A stretch of DNA of 64,000 nt from Octopus vulgaris (GCA_951406725.2 OX597836.1:3472001-3536000), one strand, 5' to 3'. Shown: positions 44,165 to 58,681, counted from the first letter of the stretch. Numbers and translations are program-made. The notes: a model not told the origin generated them from the letters alone.

Positions 44165-45110
44165 CTCCTAAAATATTCCTGCTTCTTCAGACAAAACGAA
44201 AGTTATGTCCGAAAGTATGATAGCCGTACATTACATAGAAAACCATTCTAATAATATCACCAATTCCTCTACGAAAACCAATTGCAGCGTTTACTTTGCA
44301 GTTAATTTCGTAACAAAAGAAATAACTTTTCGCGAAAATGTAGACGAAAGATTAGAAGCTTTAGCATTTCGTATACCATACGTTACACTTAGAGATCATA
44401 AAGATAATTTTCTTGCCAACCCCAAATGCCGAGTAATAAATCTTGCAAGATGTGTAGTAGGTATGCTAAGTAAAAATATTTTAGATTAATCATTTTGAAC
44501 GTTAAACATATCATTTCGTTTATGTTATGTAATTATCTTTTGTCTTGCCTTGAGGTGGTTATGATCGATCATGAGCACATTTTTAAACTCGTGGAATTAG
44601 ATATAGTGGAGATATATAGCCTATAACTATATCTTTTCTTCAAGATGCTTTAAAATTCGTCGGTGGTTTTATTCTAACTAGTAATTTCGTCATTATTATT
44701 ATCATGCGTTCCAAGAATTCTTTCCTCTTTTACGGTGATACGTTTTGAGTTAAACGTAGTGACCAGGAATTGTCTAATGCAGCAACGGGATAATAGGATG
44801 GAGCTCAGCTTTTTAAAATGATTTATTTTATACTTGCTGTGAAAGCAACGCAGCTTTTTAGTTTTCGGTCTTTACCGTAATGATGGACTCTTTTTCGAAA
44901 TACGAATAGCCACAAAATGGATGCAGTTAGGAATGTGCTCATTAGCAAATTCTGTGAGAAAATGATCACAGAATATTCTAATCTACGCATAGCTTCAAAT
45001 CTAGATTTAGACACTGGCAAATGACATAACGAAGGTCTTCATTATATTACCATAAACTCCAGTAAACCTCGTGTAGACCTGAATAAGTTCGTTAATAAGA
45101 GTCGTAAAAA
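44165..45110 (+). pseudogene. Decayed Penelope-like (Naiad-type) reverse transcriptase
   Basis: SDKT, YVTLRDHKDNFLANPKCRVINLA, LDIVEIYS, LQDALKF, IIMRSKNSFLF....*VKR, G**DGAQL, FGLYRNDGL (44864-44890; catalytic YRDD mutated), LDLDTGK. Confidence 0.9.
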
Positions 45111-46032
45111 GAATCCTTTATATAGTCAATATTCGTTGCTTAATGTTTATAAAAACACTTGTTTTGGTTTATGTGTACATTCAATAGAAACTCTAACCAC
45201 TGAGCCGCATGCTTTCACTTTACCCTTTTCTTTACACTCGATGCATACACACGCATGCACACAAACACACGCGCGCATTAAAACACACACACACACCTCA
45301 GGCGTATAAATAAACCTGCATCAATAGCAGAGTTTTGGTATCCAGGGTGCACAGCTCTAATGGAATTCATTGGGGCCAATTTTCAACGCCTGGATGACTT
45401 TCCTGTCGCCAACCTTCATCTGGTATTTTCCTCATGGTCGTACGTGTTTTTACCAATGAGTAAAAACAACTCGGTTTTTATGGCAGTAATGAGAGTTAAA
45501 AATGATTGTACTTGACCTGGTAGCCCGTACCGTGATTTTGATAACGGTTATATTTGCCTATCAAGTCACAGCCAAATACAAACTTTGTCTCAGTCTGCCC
45601 AACCCATGTCCCAGGGAAACATCGAGGATTTCACCACTGAAGTGAAAGAGGAGGTGCTGCACAAGCTTTAAGCTAGGGTTCGTTTTAAGCAAAGTAGACA
45701 GAAGCTATGTAAAATGAAGCCCCTTGCCCAAGAATAGAAGGCTCCAACCAGTTCAGGAATAGAAACCACGACCTTGTGATTTGAACTCAACACCCTAGTC
45801 ACTTGGCTACACATGCCCACACACACACAAACACACACACACACCGAAATGCACACGGACACGCGTGCGCAAACATTTATGTACAATTATATACATATAT
45901 AGGTATGTTTACGTGTGTATGTGTGTTTGTGCTTTTATATATCTATACATGTGTATATATGTGCGTGTGTATGTGTGTGCATCTATACACATATATACAT
46001 GTATATGCAAAATTTATCAACATACATACATT

Positions 46033-46086
<54 letters not shown>

Positions 46087-46655
46087 ATGTAGTGACCTGT
46101 CCAAACTGAAGCCAAAATAATGCCACAGTGCCTTCTATACTAAAAGGTGCTTGTCGCCCTAGAAATTAGATGGGTTGTTGCTGGAGGTGAATAATAATTA
46201 TTGCCTCTCCTGGGAATAGGTGAAGAGCAGCAGGATATTACAATTCTGTTCCTAACGTTAAAAATTATTTTCTTACCATTTTTTTTTTCCATTTTTCTTA
46301 GGTGTCCAAACCATTTGTGTAAAATTTGGTCCGACTCCACTTTTTTTATATTTATTTATCAGTTTTATCAAATTTGTTTTACACAGACGAGAGCTGACTA
46401 AATGAAGATGTGTCGACAATAAAGGAACCTTAGTTTCAATATGGAATGTGAGTTTCCTTTACGCGCGATTACGCATTGCGGACCATGTTTTGAATACAGG
46501 GGAAATATTCTGGAGGGAGTCGGGAAACTAAAGAATGGAAGCGAGACAGATTGGCTGATCGTGGAGAAAAAGGGCAAGAAAAAATTATTTCCACCCTAAG
46601 AAACAATACAGATTTCTAATATCCTCATGTACTGGCCTTCCTTATTGGCATAAGA

Positions 46656-46762
<107 letters not shown>

Positions 46763-46870
46763 TTAATGATAGATAGATCATGGATAGACAGACTGACTGA
46801 TAGATTGATAGATAAATAGATATAGACAGATAGACAGAGAGACAGATAGGCACATACATACATACATACA

Positions 46871-46902
<32 letters not shown>

Positions 46903-46957
46903 AAACTCTTCTTCTTCTTATCATTATTGTTATTATTATCATCATTATTATCATTAA

Positions 46958-47190
46958 GGCAGCGAGCTGGCAGAAACGTTAGCACGCCGGGACTAAATGC
47001 TTAGCGGTATTTCGTCTGCCTTTACGTACCGAGTTCAAATTCCGCCGAGGTCGACATTACATTTCATCCTTTCAAAGTCGATAAATTAAGTACCAGTTAC
47101 GCACTGGGGTGGATGTAATCGATTAATCCCTTCCCCCAAATTTTAGACCTTGTGCTTCCAACAGAAAGCATTATTATTATTATTATTATT
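46958..47190 (+). mobile_element. SINE family B, full length with (TTA)n tail
   Basis: tRNA-like head with B-box-like gagttcaaattcc, Meta-like core, simple-repeat tail. Confidence 0.9.
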
Positions 47191-47399
47191 GTTGTTGTTG
47201 TTGTTGTTTCAATAGTTTTATTTCCATTGCGTTGTTTCATTGCTGTATCGAGCAGCAATACACGAAACCCTCAACCCTTGCACCACTTGGTAAACTGCTG
47301 TCTGTCGAAAATAATAATAAAATACATTATCCATATATTGGCATTTTTATCCTGTTTGTTCAACAAATCCCGTATTACATATGTGTGTGTGTGTATTTA

Positions 47400-47450
<51 letters not shown>

Positions 47451-47472
47451 GCGTGTATGTATATATACATAC

Positions 47473-47519
<47 letters not shown>

Positions 47520-47522
47520 TAA

Positions 47523-47577
<55 letters not shown>

Positions 47578-47645
47578 GAGAGAGAGAGAGATAATATATA
47601 TAGATATATAGATATATAGATATATAGATATATAGATATATGTAG

Positions 47646-47695
<50 letters not shown>

Positions 47696-48451
47696 AGAGA
47701 GAGAGAGAGAGACGCACGTGCACACCCGTACACGCACACTGCCAGGTTTCTCCCCCTCCACTTTTTACAACAACAACTTCTTTCTGAGTTTATATGTTAG
47801 ACAGAAACAAAAACAGTGAGAGGAGCTGGTCTGTATGTTGAAATAGAGAGCGGGAGAGAATATGAGAATGAAGGGATACAACAGATTAGAAAGCGCAGAT
47901 CAGAAAGCGAATGAAGGAATGAGCTAGAAAGAGATGTACAGTTAGATAGGAATATGAAAGTGTTATGCGAATAGATAAATAGTATATAAGTGATAAACAG
48001 ATAAAAGGTATGAAGCGGGACAGACAGATAATGTGATAGACTGGGAGATAAGTATATGAAAGACATGGCGATAGATAAGAGCGTAAAAGAGAGAGAGGAA
48101 GACGTGTATAGACGATGTAGGCGAATAGAATGTTGGAGAAGAAAAGTAAGATGGAGCGAGACGTCTTCAAAGGAACGGGATGCGTTCGTAAATACAGCTT
48201 CTAATGTGCAAAAAAAAAAGATAAAATGGTCATGGCTGGAAAGGCTTTCATTATAAGTGCGTTCAATCAGAGCTGATATGTAAACTAAACAGCAGCAACG
48301 ACTACAAATGTTTTCAGGCAAACATGGAATCCTGTACGTCAGCGATTCGGCATCTTTCATCTGCCCCCGTTTTGTTTTGTTGCATCGTTTTCAAGTATTC
48401 CACCATCTACTTCCTTTACTTCCCAAAATATGCACAAAATAATTGATTCGA

Positions 48452-48630
<179 letters not shown>

Positions 48631-49080
48631 ATATATATATATATATATATATACATGTGTGTGTATGTAAATATGTACGTATGTATATATGTATGTATGT
48701 ATGTATGTAAGTATGTATGTATGCATGTATGTATGTATGTATGTATGTATGTATGCATGTATGTATGTATGTACGTATGTACGTATGTATGTATGTATGT
48801 ATGCATGTATGTATGTATGTATGTATGTATGCATGTATGTATGTATGTACGTATGTACGTATGTATGTATGTATGTATGCATGTATGTATGTATGTATGT
48901 ATGTATGTATCTGCTGTTGACCGCAAGCAAACACCAGTCAGTTTTGGATTCCGCTTACTTTGATATATCATCTAAATTCTGCAGACATTCTTCTTCGCAA
49001 TACGTATTCACAAACGCCTCAGCCAAGATTTGTATCAGACAAGGCTGATGGGCCTCTTTTAATTTTCATCCTTTCAACTC

Positions 49081-49115
49081 TTCCCTGAAGAAAGAATTTA
49101 TCCGAAACGTTTGAT
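49081..49115 (+). ncRNA. Decayed minimal hammerhead-like motif
   Basis: CTGAAGA (49085-91), short hairpin, then CGAAACGT(T) with palindromic ACGT; mismatches at the stem II and helix I bases. Confidence 0.45.
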
Positions 49116-49739
49116 TTCCACTTCCCAGGGCAACTTTCCTGTACCCTTTCGGTTGAGAGATACATATATGCATACACACATAAACATATATGTATGTATA
49201 TGTATTACTATGCATATACATATATATATACAAGAGAAAGAGAAAAGGAAAGAGTGAGTCTATGCAAACAAAGGAAAGAATATAGGACTCAACACAGTTC
49301 GAACTGGGAGTATTTAATTCCAAGATTTAAAATGTTTCTGAAAACTGGAATCAAACTACAGCAAGCACAGCGACAGCAATAACTATAGAAACAATACTTT
49401 ATACGTATTGAGTTCACAATGATGATGATAATGATTATGATGCTGCTGCTGCTGATGAGGAGGAGGAGGGGCGGGGGAGGAGGATGGTTGTCGCGGTCAT
49501 TGGGGCGGTGGTAGCGACACTGGTGGTGTTGCATATCACCATCACCATCATCATCATCATCATCAACATTATCATCAACATCACTATTATCATCATCATC
49601 ATCATCATTATTGTTGCATTTAGCCCAATGGAAGTTAGATCGATTTTCTATACAAGTATCACATTTACTGTTAGGATATTGATTTCTTAAATCAATCAGT
49701 CGTTTGCCTACAGGAACTCTCCTGTGAATTGGTACATAC

Positions 49740-49772
<33 letters not shown>

Positions 49773-49937
49773 TACATACACACATACATACACAAACAGA
49801 CACATATATCTGAATACATACATATATATATGCATGTGCGTACATGCGTATGTGCGTGAGTGAGTGTGTGCAACATGTACATATATATACTCTTTTATCT
49901 ATATATAAATACATCATAAACATGTTTATATATATGC

Positions 49938-49993
<56 letters not shown>

Positions 49994-50080
49994 ATGTGTG
50001 TATATCATTGTAGATCTATGTTTAAAACTTCGTTTGTATATATATATATACTCATACATCTGCACAGACATCTGTATATA

Positions 50081-50111
<31 letters not shown>

Positions 50112-50228
50112 CATTACATATACATATGTATATGTATATGCACCAATATATATGTATATGTATATATATGTATATATATATATATATAAGTGTGTGTGTG
50201 TGTGTGTGTGTGTCTGTGTCTGTGTATG

Positions 50229-50269
<41 letters not shown>

Positions 50270-51057
50270 GCATGCATACACTAACATGAATATTTATAAA
50301 TGAATATTCATTTAAATATACTTACAAATACACGTAGCACGCACGCACACACACACATACACACATCTATATACATACGTGTGTGTGTGTATCTGTGTGT
50401 TTGTGACAGTATTTGTGTGTGTGCGCAAATAAACCTCCTGCGTTGTACAGTCTCCTGTATCTGGAAGAGGTCACCAATGTTAAAAGCGATTTTACTCGCT
50501 CTTTAAATCGTGTAACTGACGAATTAGTAAACGTGACTTCAAATCTAAAGGATTTTCAACAGCCTCCAGGCATCAATACTTCATTCTTCTCTCTCATTCT
50601 CTCTCACTTTCTCTTTCACTTCTCTCTCTCCCTCTCTCTATCAATCTTTCTTTCTTCTCTCTCTCTCTCTCTCTCTCACCTTATACACATGTCTATCTAT
50701 TTCTCTCTCTACCTTTCGCCTTATCTCTTTCACTATGTCCCCTTCATCAGTTCTCTCTTTCACTCTGCTCTTGTCTCACACAATCCGTCTTTCCCTATTT
50801 GACGACCAAAGTATGATTGGGTGAGAAACAATGTGCTCGGGTCAGCTACTTTGCCTCACTACAATCCATAGAATACAAAATTTTCATCACTTGTCGTTCA
50901 ACCTTACAATAATTTTGTTAAATATATATATATATATACATACATACATACATACATACACATACATACATACATACATACATACATACATACATACATA
51001 CATACATACATACATACATACATACATACATGCATGCATACACACACACACATACAT

Positions 51058-51090
<33 letters not shown>

Positions 51091-51112
51091 TACATACATA
51101 CATACATACACA

Positions 51113-52140
51113 CAGGGAATGACAGAAGTAAATAAACACCCCATAAAACATCATTTTATATTTATTCTAACTTGTAAAAGTTTATATTTTTTATGAATTG
51201 ATATTTTTTTTTACACTTCAGGTTCTATATGTGACTGTTTAAACATGTCTTGTACAAAAGAAACCTTGGAGCTGTCTGGATTTCACAGAGGCCATATTGT
51301 GGGTCATTCTGAAGGTGGACATAGTCAGCGTAAAATCGCCGGAAACCTTGGCATCCCGCTTTCTATAGTTAATTCACCAGAGAGAGAAAGGTGTCTCATC
51401 ACATCGCCCAGATCAACCAGGCCCTTCTGACAAGACCCCCTCTCTTTGCTAAGGGAAGTGTGGAGGGTAATCCTCGTTGCAAGGCCACTGATACAGCAGA
51501 ACAATTTGATATCAGACTCAGAACATCTGTCAGGTATCTCCACAAACTTGGCTTCTATGGCAGAGCAGAAAAAAAGGAAGCCACGCCTTCGACCCGCCAA
51601 CATCAAGCGGAGATTGGGCCAGTGAGATGGTGGAGAGGCCACTAGCATTTTGGGACATTGTCACATTCTCTGATTAGTCTAGATTTGCTGTATTGCCTAA
51701 CAGTGGTCGAGTGTGGATCTGGAGACTCTGTGGTCAAGAATTTGATGCGAAAAGATTGCAGACAACAATGAAACATGGCTGCTATTCTGTGATGGTCTGG
51801 GGAGAAATTTGGAGCAATGGTTGATCAGAGCTGGTGGAGTGTGAGGTAAACATAAACTCAGATAATTATGTGTCCTTATTGAAGAAAGGACTCTTTCCAG
51901 TCTTCTGCAGTGGTGAAATGATTAAAGAAGACTCTTTATTTAATTGTTAAATGGGTAAAATGACCCAAGATTTCTTGGATGAGAATGGCATCGAAAAGCT
52001 TCCATGACCATGCCAGTCACCAAATATAAACCCTATTGGACACTTCTGGGACATAATGGACAAAACAGTTCGTTAAAAGAACAAGAATGCGTCTTGAAAG
52101 CCAAATTCATTGAGATTACTGCATGAAACTTGGTAACAAA
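51113..52140 (+). mobile_element. Tc1-family DNA transposon with pseudogenised transposase, 3'-truncated
   Basis: TIR-like cagggaatgacagaagtaaataaacacc; MS...[12 protein letters not shown]...SQRKIA HTH; FSD*SRF, VWIWR, TMKHG..SVMVWG, P.QSPNINPIGHFW. Confidence 0.92.
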
Positions 52141-52184
52141 CTGCATACATACATATATACATACATACAGACAGACAGACAGAA

Positions 52185-52239
<55 letters not shown>

Positions 52240-52261
52240 TCGCTCCACACTCAATGAACAG

Positions 52262-52365
52262 CCATGCACCACTTTAAGCAAATCACTTCATTTCACGTTG
52301 CTCCAGTCAATTCAGCTGGCAAAAGTGAGCACTCTTGCGACGGACTGGCGTCCCATCCAGGGAAG
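52262..52365 (+). mobile_element. SINE fragment with family C body and family D-like 3' segment
   Basis: tttcacgttgctccagtcaattcagctggc (family C) joined to gcgacggactggcgtcccatccagg (as in the reverse complement of 55532-55558). Confidence 0.65.
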
Positions 52366-52391
52366 GAGGAAAAATATACGACACAGATGCG

Positions 52392-52461
<70 letters not shown>

Positions 52462-52463
52462 AA

Positions 52464-52592
52464 CTGGCTTCTTTCCATTTCTGTCTACCAAGTCTTTGGT
52501 CGGCCCGAGGCTATAGTAGAAGACACTAACCGAGGGCCTCAACCTGGAACCATGTGGTTGGGAAGCAAGCCAATTACCACACAGCCACGCCT
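52464..52592 (-). mobile_element. SINE family A head
   Basis: ttggtcggcccgaggctatagtagaagacact...ggaaccatgtggttgggaagc...ccacacagccac. Confidence 0.85.
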
Positions 52593-52678
52593 GCTTTGTC
52601 ATCTCCAAAGCTATCACCATTTTGACCTTCATCTATCTGTTCACATTGTTATTTTTTTTTGTTTTGTTTTTTCAATAG

Positions 52679-52713
52679 TGCCGTCTCCATGTACAGCTTA
52701 TCACCTTCCGCAG
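52679..52713 (+). CDS. Candidate 35-nt exon containing an ATG (MYSLSPSA)
   Basis: Long poly-T tract ending caatAG, donor CAG|GTAACG; the frame of the ATG at 52689 ends in phase 1, compatible with the 62049 exon. Confidence 0.4.
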
Positions 52714-53203
52714 GTAACGGACATCCTTCTTCTTTTAACATCGAGGACTCTGTGACAACACGTTGGTTCTACTTGGAAACCGTTATCTACCTGCAATGAA
52801 GAACAGGAAAAAAGAGTTACTGACAGCAACGATTTCAACTGTCTATATCAATATATAATAATGTTAAGCCTACTTTTCGACTACCTTCAACATAACACCT
52901 TTGTGTGTATATATGTGTGTGTGCGTGTGTGTGTGCACGGGCGTGTGTGTGTGCACGGGCGTGTGTGTGTATAAATTGTACATACATAAATTGTACATAC
53001 ATATGTGTGTGTGTCACTTTGTATGTATATAAATTTGTATACTTATATGCATGTGAACAGGTGTCTATGTATGTGGACTCATATTTTTGCATGTGTATGT
53101 ATATACATAGTTATACATGTGTGTGTGCGTGTGTATATACATGTGTATCTACAATATATTTTATTAATATATATGCATATATACGTATATATATATATAT
53201 ATC

Positions 53204-53241
<38 letters not shown>

Positions 53242-53943
53242 TATACACACATATATATATGCATATATATACACATATACACCTTAAATATTTGTGCATA
53301 TGTGCGTATATATATACATATACAAAATACATATATATATATATATATACGTACATGTATGCTGCTATATGTATACACACTTCCCATATATGCGTATAAA
53401 TATATACATACATATGCACAGATATATACATATACGCATATATGTGTGTATGTGTGTATGTATGTATGTATGCATGCATGTGTGTATGTATGTATGTATG
53501 ACAAAAATCGAACAGTTAAAGAAAGTGAAGTCCAGTCGACAATTGAGTTTGTAGAAACAATAATAAAATGGCGACTATAATGATTTCTAGCTGTCGGCTG
53601 CTCCAAACGAAAATGGCTTCTCTATATTCACATTGAAATGATCATAATGTTATTAGGTGTCGGCTCTATTAGTATCGGCCAGCCAGCATTTACAATTGTC
53701 GAGTAACTAATCACCGTTACAAATTACAACTGGCTTAAGTCTTATTTTCGTTCTATTCACTTTATTACAATAGATGCTGTTGTTTTTAATGTTGTGGTCG
53801 TTGTTAGTGTAGCGAGCGTGGCTGCGGCGTTCGAGATGGCGGTCGTCGCCATTGTACCTATTTCTTTATATCTTTTTGTTCCGTTTTCTTTTTCGTCTTT
53901 TCCTAGACTTTGTTCCTGTCCTCCTTAGTTTACTTGTTGTTGC

Positions 53944-53998
<55 letters not shown>

Positions 53999-54282
53999 AT
54001 ACTTCTTGTATTCCTTCGGCTTCGTATTCTTCATTTCCTTCTTTTTGCTCACTCTTTATATTGGTAGTTACATGTTGTTGTTGCTGTTGTTCTTGTTAGT
54101 ATTAACATTATTACCGTTATTGCCAGTAGTAGTAGTAGTAGTAGTAGTAGTGGCAGCAGTAGTAGCAGCAGTTGTGGTGTTGATGTTACTGTCGATTTGA
54201 ATCAATATGTTACCCTCAAGTGGTATTTACTATTCTGTGTGCTTCCGTTTTATATATACACACAGATACATACATATGTATG

Positions 54283-54319
<37 letters not shown>

Positions 54320-54369
54320 ATGTATTCATACTCACGCACACTCACACATACATACATACACACACACAT

Positions 54370-54421
<52 letters not shown>

Positions 54422-54997
54422 TATATGTATTCATACATACACACACAGAGATAATATATATATATGTGTGTATATATATGTGTGTGTGTATGTATGAATA
54501 CATATATATATGTATATATATACATTCATTATACATATACATTCATATATATATATATACTTAAACAAACGTAAGTATATACTTATATATTTATATATAC
54601 GTGTATATGCCTATATAACTGTGTATATGTGTACATGTTTATACATCTCTGTATATGTCTGTTGCGTGTATGCGTGCACGTTTGTATATGTTTCTATGTG
54701 CGCACATGTCTATGTATGAACATGTATGTATGTGTCTATGTGTGCTTTTATACAGTTTTGCTATGCGATTGGGTCTCTCTCGTTTCTTCTCACAATATTT
54801 TACAACTTTCAATTATTTTTTTTTCCTTTCATTTCTTGTTGTTTTTTCTTTTCCTTTTTTGCTTCTTTTGTTTTCCAATTTGTCGAACTCACTTGTCTGT
54901 CAGTTTGAATATATGTTACAAGTAACTCATTCTGCACCGAGATCTTATTTTATTTCATGTATATACCTATGTCTACGTATGCACACAAGCATATAAA

Positions 54998-55072
<75 letters not shown>

Positions 55073-55318
55073 CGACTTGCAGACGGGAGAGATAGAACTT
55101 AATATATAAAGGAGAATATATGATAAATCATTTTATTTTTTCTTAATCGAAAAGCTACAGCAGCACAAGTGCCTTGAATTTCGTGCCAATGCACTTAACG
55201 TGGGTTCGTTGACACGAAATATATCCCATGAATCAACGCAGCTTCTTGGCTAACATGCACACATACCACACAAACACATACCACACAAACATATATATGT
55301 AGAGATTTGATCTCGGTG

Positions 55319-55394
55319 AATCTAGCCGATGAAAACTAATCATATTTACGTTAGCAAACGTAGTTTGGAAAGTTCGAAACCTAGGGTCTAGATT
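55319..55394 (+). ncRNA. Decayed hammerhead-like motif with extended stem II
   Basis: 7-bp helix I aatctag/ctagatt; core CCGATGA; stem II aact/agtt(c) with inner tacgtt/aacgta hairpin; GAAA; near-palindrome ACCTAGG(G). Three core deviations. Confidence 0.5.
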
Positions 55395-55460
55395 ATCTAC
55401 ATCTGGGTTGTACATTTAATGTTCTCCTTATAGATAAGATGAAATTTTTATACATGTTTG

Positions 55461-55738
55461 TTGTTCCTTCTTGAGTCATGCTTGGCTCATAAGGGCCGGT
55501 TTCCCCGGTTTTCTTGGCGCATAGGTTCCCCACCTGGACGGGATGCCGGTCCGTCGCAGATGAGCTGCAAGATGCAGGAGGAAAGAGTGAGAGAAATTTG
55601 TGGCACAAGAGTCAGCCGGAGCCGCGTGGAGCTTAGGTGTTTCGCTCATAAACACACACATCGCGCTGTCTGAGATTCGAACCCGCGATCCCTTGACCGC
55701 GAGTCCGCTGCTCTAACCACTAGGTCATGTGTTTCCAC
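55461..55738 (-). mobile_element. SINE family D (tRNA-derived)
   Basis: Minus strand tgacctagtggttagagc (A box) ... ggttcgaatct (B box), followed by a non-tRNA body. Confidence 0.85.
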
Positions 55739-55849
55739 ATGGGTAATATTTGCCAGAAAAAATATTTAAAGTTGATGAAAGAGTCTTATATTAGCAGCGC
55801 AAACCTGAACGTCCGTACAACGTGATCAGATCCGTTGAACTTTCCTTCA

Positions 55850-56275
55850 ATGATTTACCTACCTACAGTGCTATGTGCGTGACATTCGGGGATAAACTGC
55901 AGTGTTTACCAGACAACTTGACCTTGAGGTGGTCGAAGAAGACGTTGGACATTTGAAAGTAGCTGAAAGCGAAAGCGTGAGAAACAACGAAATTGATGGA
56001 GCTGGAAATGAAGCGCCATTGAGAAGGTTGAGCAGGAGGAGGCGATGGAAGAAGCTGGTGACGAAGTATTGACTACACCAAGGACATTTAGAAGCAAACA
56101 GCCTGCAGTGGAATAATCAAGGATTGCTTAGGCGATGCGAATATTCCAGGACGTGGATCTTAATGATGAGAGACTTCCACATATTGAGAGGCAAATTTGA
56201 AAAGATATGCCATGCTATAAAGAATTTCGTAATGAGAGGAAGCATTCGGCTCAATTAAAATGATATGTATTATGC
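55850..56275 (+). pseudogene. pogo/Tigger-type transposase C-terminal remnant
   Basis: LDLEVVEEDV, NNELMELE, PRTF, AMRIFQDVDLNDERL..IERQI..DMPCYKEF.NERK resemble the Tigger1/TIGD1 C-terminus. Confidence 0.7.
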
Positions 56276-56340
56276 CGCTCGGATCAGGTAAAGACAGAAT
56301 TTAATTGTATACATACATGCACGCACACACACACACACAC

Positions 56341-56397
<57 letters not shown>

Positions 56398-56407
56398 TTA
56401 TATTTAC

Positions 56408-56485
<78 letters not shown>

Positions 56486-57037
56486 ATATATATATGTATA
56501 TATGTGTGTGTGTGTGTGTATAGATATAAGTATATGTGTACTTAAGTGGATTTCTGATGGATAGAGTTAGATTTGGCGTGAGGCAATTATAAACGTGAGT
56601 ATTAGAGTATTATCGGTGTTAGTGCGAGAATAATGTATATCATTTGCAATTTTCATATCGTTAATAGTGAGCAAGGCTGTAATGAACTTATCTGGTTTGG
56701 GTACTCTTCGTTGGAGTGAATATATACATATATATATACATACTTGTGCGTGTATATATATATATATATTGATTGGTGCGTATATATGCATACCACCATA
56801 TACGTATAGACGTATAATGTAGATTTGTATATTCACACAAGCATGTGTGTGTGTGTGTGTGTCTGTCTGCGTGTATGAGATCCCGTGTGTATATGTCTAT
56901 ATTTTGTGTAACTTATGTCCTCGACTTCTGACCTGAACGAGTTTACATATACACATTTCCTTTATTCTTTTATTCTTCTACTTGTTTCAATCACTGGAAC
57001 ACACCCATTCTGGAGCACTGCACTGAATAGTTTAATA

Positions 57038-57598
57038 GAATATTTCTCAACCATTGTTTTTTTTTTTCATCTAAGGAACCTTTTGATTACTAATTTATTC
57101 TGGTGGACCTTCAAAGTCAACTGATTTTTAGAAACTTATAGATACTTCTTTCAAAATCCCTATTTTGCTTTTCACCCATTAACTTTGAATTATTTAACTC
57201 TTTAGAGTTCAGATTATTCTATCAAACATAATGCTTATTGGTTCACATTGATTTGAATTAATCATGTATTATTTCATATCTTCAAGATCTTGATGGTGCA
57301 ATTACTTAATGTAGAATAACATTGTAGGTTAGATGTGAGAGCCTGGATCTGGTCAGTTTGAACATAAAACAGATTAAGTATTTTGGCCTTGATATGGCCG
57401 GTTTAAATACTAAAGGGTTAAAACGTTAGAGAGAGAAATCCGGTCGTTTCATACAATAAATATATTTCAATCAAAATTTTCTCATGGGCCCTTAGAAAGC
57501 TACCTGTGGTTTCCTAATTTACCATTACCTTGTGTGGACCCTCACAAGGTCTTATCTGAAGCCCCATGAGACAAATGGAGCCCGGTCGAGAACCAATA
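57038..57598. mobile_element. hAT/Charlie-like MITE inserted in a SINE-A (56975-57037 and 57607-57722, minus)
   Basis: 15-bp TIRs gaatatttctcaacc / ggtcgagaaccaata (cf. CAGTGGTTCTCAACC); 8-bp TSD gtttaata / gcttaata. Confidence 0.75.
57198..57417. mobile_element. piggyBac-like MITE (220 bp)
   Basis: TTAA on both sides; ends ctctttag / ctaaaggg (CCC-type termini, one mismatch). Confidence 0.75.
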
Positions 57599-57738
57599 GC
57601 TTAATAAAGGAAATCAACCCCAGGACTAATTCTTTTTAAACTTGGTACTTGATGTATTGGTTTCTTTTGCCCAACTGCTAAGTAACGGGGCCGTAAACAA
57701 ACCAACCCCAGTTGTCAAGTGAAGTAGGAACATACGCG

Positions 57739-57772
<34 letters not shown>

Positions 57773-57821
57773 AATATACACAGAAATACACAGAAATACA
57801 CAGACACACATACAGACGCAC

Positions 57822-58455
57822 ATGGTGGTGGTGGTGGTGGTGATAGGGGGGATAACGATGATGATTTTGATGGTGACGGTGACAAGGTTGATGGAAGCGG
57901 CGTAATGAATGACGATGACAATGACAATAATGAGGAGGAGGAGGAGGCGGATGATGATGATGATGATGACGACAACGAAGAAAATGGTGATGTTATTGAT
58001 GATGCCGCTACTGCTGCTACTGCTGCCGCTGAAGATGATGATGATGATGATGATGGTGATGATGACGATAATGACGATAATGGTGGTGGTGATGACCATG
58101 ATGATGATGACTACGACGAGGTCGAAAATGATGATGTTAATCATGATTATGAGGACGACGATGATAACAAGTGATCATAATAGTTATCATCATAACCATC
58201 TTCATCACAACTACCGTCATCGTTGGCACCATCATCATCATCATCATCAACATCATTAACATCATCATTCTCGTTGTCGTCGTAGTCATCAGCAGCAGCA
58301 ACATCACCATTGACATCGACATTCTCTTCGTTGTCGTCGCTATCATTATCATCATCATCATCAACATCATCATTCTCGTTGTCGTTGTAGTCATCAGGAG
58401 CAGCAACATCACCATTAACATCGACATTCACTTCGTTGTCGTCGCCATCATCATC

Positions 58456-58522
<67 letters not shown>

Positions 58523-58643
58523 CCATTACCTCCTCCACCACCACCGTCATCTTCATCATCATTACCTCCACCATCACCAATACCGCCATTATCATCATCA
58601 CCACCGCCACCGTCATCATCTTCATCATCATCACCATCATCAC

Positions 58644-58681
<38 letters not shown>

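Noticed and set aside
50440-50575. Protein-like stretch LEEVTNVKSDFTRSLNRVTDELV
   Set aside because: No convincing splice donor or homology recognised.
55660-55738. tRNA gene
   Set aside because: A/B boxes are present but run into a SINE body, with no clear acceptor stem or Pol III terminator; the same holds for the other SINE heads.
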